Assembly: GCA_043798915.1 (NCBI GenBank)
Contig: JAZDOG010000049.1
Location: forward strand, 1-10,886
Direction of reading: 5' to 3'
Length of the DNA stretch: 10,886 nucleotides
From: Pseudomonadota bacterium
GTDB lineage: Bacteria > UBA10199 > 2-02-FULL-44-16 > JAAZCA01
The notes under the pieces were generated by a model. It did no database searches. It was not told the origin of the DNA and saw only the letters and a program-made list of their open reading frames with translations. A program made the position numbers and the translations under genes. Of the stretch, positions 1 through 4,906 are shown piece by piece; within the stretch, counting starts at the first letter, position 1, and each line of letters begins with the position of its first letter.

Positions 1-540
1 CCTCCATGGCTTGTGGTAGACGAGGTGCTGTCGGAGTATGGCAGGCGGCGTCGCGAGGCGCTGCAGCGATTCGATGCTTTTGTCAGGGCAGGCGTTCCAG
101 CGGAAGTGGAGCGCCGGTACAGCATGAGCAAGCTTCCGAGCGTCCTGGGGTCCGAGGGGTTTCGGGATTGGATCAAATACAATTTTGTGACGCGCTTGAG
201 ATCGAACGAGGAGATTCCAGCGGCGCGAGCAGCTTGCCGCCGCATAGTTTCGCTGCCATCTATTTTGCGATTTGTGTCATTCGTATATGGAGTGAGAACG
301 AAAGAATTGTTGGGGAGAATGATGCCCGCGAAGAACGAGGCTCGTTCGGTGGCGATATGGCTGATGCGCCGTGCCGCGGGCGCCGGCCATAATGAAATTG
401 CAAAGGCTATGGGTGATATGGAAAAGGCGGCTGTTGCGAAAGCTCTGCAGCGGTTCGAAGTAGCGATGCGGAGCGATCCATCTCTTGATAAAAAAGCGGA
501 GCGTTTTGCGGAGCAGGTCTTGTCCAATGTCCAGACTTGA
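1..540 (+). CDS. 3' part of probable REP-associated tyrosine transposase (RAYT/IS200-like Y1) with C-terminal DnaA domain IV-like HTH; 5'-truncated by the window
   Basis: Frame 1 is open from base 1 (PPWLVVDEVLSEYGRRRREALQRFDAFVRAG...VLGSEGF), resembling the post-Y1 linker of this transposase class. The C-terminus EARSVAIWLMRRAAGAGHNEIAKAMGDMEKAAVAKALQRF resembles the DnaA C-terminal HTH. The stop lies in AGACTTGACCCC. The catalytic HUH/Tyr domain is outside the window, so the transposase call is inferred. Confidence 0.65.
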   Translation, partial: PPWLVVDEVLSEYGRRRREALQRFDAFVRAGVPAEVERRYSMSKLPSVLGSEGFRDWIKYNFVTRLRSNEEIPAARAACRRIVSLPSILRFVSFVYGVRTKELLGRMMPAKNEARSVAIWLMRRAAGAGHNEIAKAMGDMEKAAVAKALQRFEVAMRSDPSLDKKAERFAEQVLSNVQT

Positions 541-591
541 CCCCTTGTCTTGTTCTTGTTCTTGTCTTGACCCCTTGTCTTGTTCTTGTTC
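536..591. repeat. Tandem direct repeat, 30-bp period, 26-bp identical unit CTTGACCCCTTGTCTTGTTCTTGTTC
   Basis: Identical copies at 536-561 and 566-591, separated by TTGT. The repeat fills the whole gap between the two convergent stop codons. Confidence 0.95.
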
Positions 592-2446
592 AGGGCTGGA
601 GCAGGACCGAGACGGCGAGGGCGGCCTGGCTATTCGCCGTGGCCAGATCGATCTTGCCGTCGCGATTGAAATCTGCGGCGACCAGGAAAAAGGGCGAGGC
701 CCCGGTGGCATAATCGGCGTAGGCAGTAAACGTGCCGGTCCCGTTGTTCCGCAGGACGGTCAGATTGTTGTCGGCGGCATTTCCCACCGCTATATCGACA
801 TAGCCGGAACCAAAGAGATCGGCTGCGATAATACCCCACGGCTGGGTTCCAACGGCGTAGTTCGCCCTGTTCCCGAACGTCCCGTCGCCGGCACCAAACA
901 GCACGGAGATGCTGTTATCGCCCCGGTTCGATATGGCCAGATCGAGATCGCCGTCGCCGTTGAAATCGCCTGCAATCAGCAAAGAGGGTTGTGTCCCTAC
1001 GGTGTAATCGACATTCCCCGCAAACGTACCGTCGCCGTTGCCCATCAGGATGGAGACGCTATTTCCGGTCCAGTTCGCTGCCGCCAGGTCGAGTCTGCCG
1101 TCGTTGTTGAAATCCCCGGCAATCAGGCCTCTCGAGAAGGATAAATTCGAACCGGCTCCAACCGCGTAGTTTACAGCGGCGGGGAAAATGGGAAACGTCC
1201 CAGTGCCGTCGTTATTGATCAAGATTGAAACATCGTCGACCCAGTTGTTCGCCGTCGCCACGTCTACATTTCCGTCGCCGTTAAAGTCCGCCGCAACGAC
1301 GCCGCAGGGGCCGAAGTCGACGTCATAGTTGCCACCTGCCACAAACGATCCAATGCCATCTCCAAACGCGATCGTAACTCGGTTCACGAACCAGCCAGAA
1401 ACCGCCACGTCCATCACGCCGTCATTATTGAAATCGGCAACTGCCATGCCCCTTTCGAACCCCCCCCCGTCATCATATGCGGAAACAGCCCCGAATGTCC
1501 CGTCGCCATTGCCTGGCAAGAGCCTGATCTCCTGGTTCCCCGAATCCGTCGCGACTATGTCCAGTATGCCGTCGCCGTTGAAATCGGCTGCATTCACCGG
1601 CCCCTGCCCTCCCCCTATGTCTCGTCCATCCCCTAAGGCAATGCTATAATCGACGCGGACATTGAACAATCCGGCCGAGGCGGGGGCCACAAAGATGTCT
1701 GTGCCGGCCAGGATTTCATTGAGGTTTGTCACCAAATCCCCGTCGAAATCCAACGCGGCATCGGCCGCATTATTGGGATCCATGACGGATGTGGTGACCG
1801 TGATCCCCGTCGGTATCTTCCGCTGCGTGCCCCCGGTCAGGAGGGGTCGATAGAGGTTCACATTGCGGGGGTTCAACCAGATCCAGCCGTTGCTGTTATT
1901 CAGCAGGGGCACGGCGCCGTACTTATACTCGTAGCCGTCCGTAACGCTGTCGGCATCCAGATCGTTTATCGTGAACGTGGTGGACGACGTCACCGTCGAA
2001 TCCGTGGCCGCGGTGCAGGTGTGCGTCACAGAAGAGGCTGTGTAGGCCGTTGCCGGGACGGTCGTGCCCGCAGCCAGGGAGACGGCACGGGTCGTGGTTT
2101 CAAAAGAGAGCCACGCCGGCAAGTTTGAGAGGGCATACGTGACGGTTCCGGTATAATTCGTGGCTGTGCATGCGGGGAGTGTGATTGCGCCCAGCGCGAG
2201 ATCAGGCACCATGCCGTTTGGGTTATTTTGTTTCAATGCAGTGTTGATTTCTGTCGCGGCTGGCGCCGTAAAGCCCGGGGTGCCACCGCCGTCACCGCCG
2301 CCGCCACCTTCAGAGAGGCTCGAAATCAATTGGTCGAAGCCTCCGCCGCATCCATACACACCACCGCTTATCACCACCGGGACCATCAAAACCAGAAAGA
2401 GCCCGATAAGCAGCTTCGAACGGAATCCTTTCGAGTTCCTGCCCAT
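590..2446 (-). CDS. Putative lipoprotein with Ig-like segment, acidic Ca-binding motifs and a C-terminal FG-GAP (VCBS-like) seven-repeat beta-propeller
   Basis: Seven repeats of type A(A/G)DFNxDGxxD(L/I/V), the sixth degenerate (AADLFGSGYVDIAV). The N-terminus MGRNSKGFRSK + hydrophobic stretch + VYG-C fits a lipoprotein signal. It also has a He_PIG-like segment YALSNLPAWLSFETTTR and TSP3-like DLDADSVTDGYE and DFDGDLVTNLNE motifs. ATG 2446 is preferred over 2473 because GGGAG precedes it. Confidence 0.85.
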   Translation of the reverse strand: MGRNSKGFRSKLLIGLFLVLMVPVVISGGVYGCGGGFDQLISSLSEGGGGGDGGGTPGFTAPAATEINTALKQNNPNGMVPDLALGAITLPACTATNYTGTVTYALSNLPAWLSFETTTRAVSLAAGTTVPATAYTASSVTHTCTAATDSTVTSSTTFTINDLDADSVTDGYEYKYGAVPLLNNSNGWIWLNPRNVNLYRPLLTGGTQRKIPTGITVTTSVMDPNNAADAALDFDGDLVTNLNEILAGTDIFVAPASAGLFNVRVDYSIALGDGRDIGGGQGPVNAADFNGDGILDIVATDSGNQEIRLLPGNGDGTFGAVSAYDDGGGFERGMAVADFNNDGVMDVAVSGWFVNRVTIAFGDGIGSFVAGGNYDVDFGPCGVVAADFNGDGNVDVATANNWVDDVSILINNDGTGTFPIFPAAVNYAVGAGSNLSFSRGLIAGDFNNDGRLDLAAANWTGNSVSILMGNGDGTFAGNVDYTVGTQPSLLIAGDFNGDGDLDLAISNRGDNSISVLFGAGDGTFGNRANYAVGTQPWGIIAADLFGSGYVDIAVGNAADNNLTVLRNNGTGTFTAYADYATGASPFFLVAADFNRDGKIDLATANSQAALAVSVLLQP

Positions 2447-2526
2447 GTTTGATCTCCCAAGGTTACAGCTCATGCCTCAAACCATTGCATCACGCCTGAG
2501 GGCGCCATCTTCCCACGCAGTAATCG

Positions 2527-2543
2527 TGCAATTATCATGCCGA
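2527..2543 (-). promoter_or_regulatory. Candidate sigma54 (-24/-12) promoter for the FG-GAP gene
   Basis: The minus strand reads TCGGCATGATAATTGCA, with exact GG-N10-GC spacing and a close match to TGGCAC-N5-TTGCA, about 80 bp upstream of the ATG. Confidence 0.7.
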
Positions 2544-2566
2544 AACCCCACTCGTTTTTCGTAGAA

Positions 2567-2579
2567 TAATATCTTGAAA
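2567..2579 (-). promoter_or_regulatory. Candidate IHF binding site
   Basis: The minus strand reads TTTCAAGATATTA, one mismatch from WATCAANNNNTTR, in an AT-rich tract between the sigma54 motif and the upstream palindrome. Confidence 0.45.
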
Positions 2580-2642
2580 TATTAAATGGTTAGAAAAGCG
2601 AGGAGGATTGAAAAGTGATTTTGTGGGTGTTTTTTGACTCAA

Positions 2643-2662
2643 ATCGTCAACTTTTTGACGAT
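2643..2662. promoter_or_regulatory. Perfect inverted repeat ATCGTCAA-N4-TTGACGAT; candidate enhancer (bEBP) binding site
   Basis: 8-bp perfect arms at 2643-2650 and 2655-2662, about 100-120 bp upstream of the -24 element, a typical UAS position. Confidence 0.55.
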
Positions 2663-2714
2663 CAAAATGATATTTTTTGGGTTCCGCGCATGACCTTGTA
2701 CCCGGTTATTACTA

Positions 2715-2739
2715 CCTAAAAAACAGGTTGTATTTTAGG
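2715..2739. promoter_or_regulatory. Inverted repeat CCTAAAAAACA-GGT-TGTATTTTAGG; candidate operator of the wHTH gene
   Basis: 11-bp arms with one mismatch, ending 23 bp before the wHTH ATG at 2763. Confidence 0.45.
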
Positions 2740-2762
2740 CCTGGTTCTGGCAGGATGAAGGC

Positions 2763-3209
2763 ATGATCGGACGCCTGTTCGGCAATCGGACTGCGGACCT
2801 TGTCCTGCTCTTTCTCGCGAGGCACGGGGAGGTCTATGCCACGCAGATAGCAGAGGGACTCGAAATTCCGGTCAACATGGTCCAGAATCAGCTCGAGCGG
2901 TTCGAGCGGAGCGGTGTGATCAGAAGTTCTCTCAAGGGGCGGCGCCGCATCTACGGCTGGAACGCGTGCTACCCGGCGCTTCGCCCTCTGAAGCAGCTTC
3001 TGGCGCGGCTCAATGCCTGCGTCGCTCTGGACCCCGCTGATGGCAGTCATCTCTCGATAGGCGAACGCGTCGAGCTTTCGCGCCAGCTTGAAGAGGGGGC
3101 TGCCCGCTTAAACCCCTGCAAGCGTCCAGATGGTTTCACGAAGTCATTTGAAAGCTATGAGTCCTATGAAGCGTGGCGAAAAAAGCAGAAAAATCCGTGG
3201 CTCATCTGA
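2763..3209 (+). CDS. Winged-helix (ArsR-like) DNA-binding protein with C-terminal extension; putative antitoxin/regulator
   Basis: LFGNRTADLVLLFL...YATQIAEGLEIPVNMVQNQLERFERSGVIRSSLKGRRRIY is a typical wHTH with beta-wing. About 55 extra residues follow, ending FESYESYEAWRKKQKNPWLI. The gene overlaps the downstream NTase gene. Confidence 0.8.
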   Translation: MIGRLFGNRTADLVLLFLARHGEVYATQIAEGLEIPVNMVQNQLERFERSGVIRSSLKGRRRIYGWNACYPALRPLKQLLARLNACVALDPADGSHLSIGERVELSRQLEEGAARLNPCKRPDGFTKSFESYESYEAWRKKQKNPWLI

Positions 3210-3648
3210 GAAGTGGCTGCTGGACGTCTGCCGGCTGCTGGGTGAGCGCGGGGCGAAGTACATCGTCATCGGCGGTGTTGCGTGCAATCTCCACGGACTC
3301 ATGCGCGCCACCAAGGACATCGACCTGTTGATTCCGAAGGACGTTGAGAACGCACGGGCGGTGCTGGAGGCTTTGGGGGGGCTTGCGTTTGGAATCTCCA
3401 AAGAGCTCGATGCCGCGGAGGTGGCTTCAAAGCCGATCACGATCATCGGCGACATCCCGCGCGTGGACCTTTTGACCGTTGCGAACAAGGTGAAGTACGA
3501 CCAGGCGATTGCGACCGCGAGAACCATGAAGGTGGACGGGGTCGCGATTGTCTTTGCCGGGTTTGATATCCTTTTGAAGACCAAGGACACGGATCGGCTG
3601 CAGGACCAGGCCGACATCGAGCGTTTGAAGCAGATCAAGGGACTTTAA
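3166..3648 (+). CDS. Pol-beta-superfamily nucleotidyltransferase (DUF6036/AbiEii-like), putative toxin
   Basis: YIVIGGVACNLHG..RATKDIDLLI carries the GG...DxD signature, with a third Asp in RVDLL and C-terminal K...R.QD.ADI..L. The start is uncertain (in-frame ATG at 3130, 3157 or 3166). Confidence 0.8.
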   Translation: MKRGEKSRKIRGSSEKWLLDVCRLLGERGAKYIVIGGVACNLHGLMRATKDIDLLIPKDVENARAVLEALGGLAFGISKELDAAEVASKPITIIGDIPRVDLLTVANKVKYDQAIATARTMKVDGVAIVFAGFDILLKTKDTDRLQDQADIERLKQIKGL

Positions 3649-3658
3649 AGGGGCTATC

Positions 3659-4600
3659 ATGGGCAAAACAGCCGTGGTCTGGGATGAGCGCTTCACGTTC
3701 CACGAGATGGGCTACATGCATCCGGAGACGCCCATGCGCCTGTTGTCGATAAAACAGGTCCTGGATGGCGACGGGGTGGGGAAGCATCTCCTGAAGATCG
3801 AGGCGCGCGCGGCCAGCGAAGAAGAGCTCTCCTGCATCCATGAACCATCCTACATAAAGAGGATCGCCGATACCGCAGGCAAAGAGATGACCGAGCTCGA
3901 CCCCGACACGAGCGCCAATGCCTGCACTTGGGATGCGGCGCAGTACGCGGCCGGCGGTCTCCTCGCATGCGTGGAGGCTGTCGAGGCCGGGCGGGCCGGC
4001 AATGCGTTTGCGTTCGTGAGGCCCCCGGGGCATCACGCCGAGCGCGGCCGGGCGATGGGCTTCTGCTTCTTCAACAACGTGGCGATCGCGGCCGAGTGGC
4101 TGAAGAAAAATCGCGGCATCGAACGCATCGCGATCGTCGACTTCGATGCGCATCATTGCAATGGCACGCAGCACGCCTTTTACAGCCGGCCCGACATCTA
4201 CGTCGCCTCCGTGCACCGATATCCTTTCTATCCGGGGACCGGCGCAGCCGATGAGACCGGCGAAGGGGAGGGAAGGGGTGCGACGCTCAACGTTCCGCTG
4301 TCCGCCGGCGCCGACGATGACGATTATCGCCGGGCGTTCGAGGAGAAGATCATCCCCGGCGTGGAGAGATTCAAGCCGCAGTTTATTCTCGTCTCCGCCG
4401 GCTACGAGTCCCACGTGGCAGACCCGCTGGGCGGGATGCGCGTGACGACGAAGTGTTTTGGCTGGATGATGGAGACGCTCCTCGCCCTTGCGGGAGAGCA
4501 GTGCGGCGGGAAACTCGCTGCGACGCTCGAAGGAGGATACGATCTGAAGGCGCTCAGAGACTGCGCGGAACTTCAGCTGGAAAAGATGACGGCGGCGTAA
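3659..4600 (+). CDS. Histone deacetylase family Zn-dependent amidohydrolase (class II-like)
   Basis: Motifs HPETPMRL, RPPGHHA, GFCFFNN, DFDAHHCNGTQ, FYPGTG, SAGYESH..DPLG and LEGGY. AAGGGG RBS; starts 10 bp after the NTase stop. Confidence 0.93.
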   Translation: MGKTAVVWDERFTFHEMGYMHPETPMRLLSIKQVLDGDGVGKHLLKIEARAASEEELSCIHEPSYIKRIADTAGKEMTELDPDTSANACTWDAAQYAAGGLLACVEAVEAGRAGNAFAFVRPPGHHAERGRAMGFCFFNNVAIAAEWLKKNRGIERIAIVDFDAHHCNGTQHAFYSRPDIYVASVHRYPFYPGTGAADETGEGEGRGATLNVPLSAGADDDDYRRAFEEKIIPGVERFKPQFILVSAGYESHVADPLGGMRVTTKCFGWMMETLLALAGEQCGGKLAATLEGGYDLKALRDCAELQLEKMTAA

Positions 4601-4604
4601 GGCG

Positions 4605-4790
4605 TCAGCTATGTGAGCCCCTCCCTCGCCTGAACTGCGCCACATGGTACCCGATACCCATACCAGCCGGCATGTGGAGCTGGGAGCTGCGGCCCAACTT
4701 TGCATGCTCCTTGAGCCCCTGGTCTTTGACCACCAAGTCCCAGCCGACCTTTTGCCTTTCGTCACTTGTCCTCGCCGTCTTGTTTCGCAT
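4605..4790 (-). CDS. Small basic hypothetical protein (61 aa)
   Basis: ATG preceded by GAGGGAGGGG SD and a perfect extended -10. It occupies the gap between the HDAC and PBP1A stops without overlap. No family recognised. Confidence 0.6.
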   Translation of the reverse strand: MRNKTARTSDERQKVGWDLVVKDQGLKEHAKLGRSSQLHMPAGMGIGYHVAQFRRGRGSHS

Positions 4791-4816
4791 AGCCCCTCCC
4801 TCTTTTTGCTAAAATT

Positions 4817-4825
4817 ATTATACCA
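4817..4825 (-). promoter_or_regulatory. Extended -10 sigma70 promoter (TGGTATAAT)
   Basis: Perfect TGnTATAAT on the minus strand, 26 bp upstream of ATG 4790. Confidence 0.65.
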
Positions 4826-4906
4826 CCGCCAAGGGTGGTTGGTCGAGGAGGCGCTGGATTGAAAGGGGCTGTTGCCTGAAATTAAAGGGTATTTTCCAAT
4901 GATTTT

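Noticed and set aside
1..540. ORF as true dnaA
   Set aside because: Only HTH-level similarity; no AAA+ domain features upstream, no DHTTV signature, and no dnaN context.
536..591. Repeat as a mini CRISPR array
   Set aside because: Only two copies with a 4-bp gap, low complexity, and no cas genes.
277..1144. ORFs 277-711 (-) and 485-1144 (+) with repeated peptides (QEQEQDKGS, LDPLSCSCS)
   Set aside because: The peptide repeats are translations of the intergenic DNA duplication, and the ORFs overlap better-supported genes.
620..1600. Nucleotide repeats (e.g. CCGTCGCCG) as a DGR or repeat element
   Set aside because: Explained by the encoded FG-GAP repeats; no adenine-specific template/variable pair or reverse transcriptase is visible.
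4618..4629. 12-bp match (CCCCTCCCTCGC) to the tRNA-Leu 3' end as a possible att site
   Set aside because: Inverted rather than direct orientation, low complexity, would enclose the housekeeping gene mrcA, and no integrase is nearby.
3635..4765. 376-aa minus-strand ORF
   Set aside because: Antisense to the well-supported HDAC gene; Arg/His-rich shadow composition.
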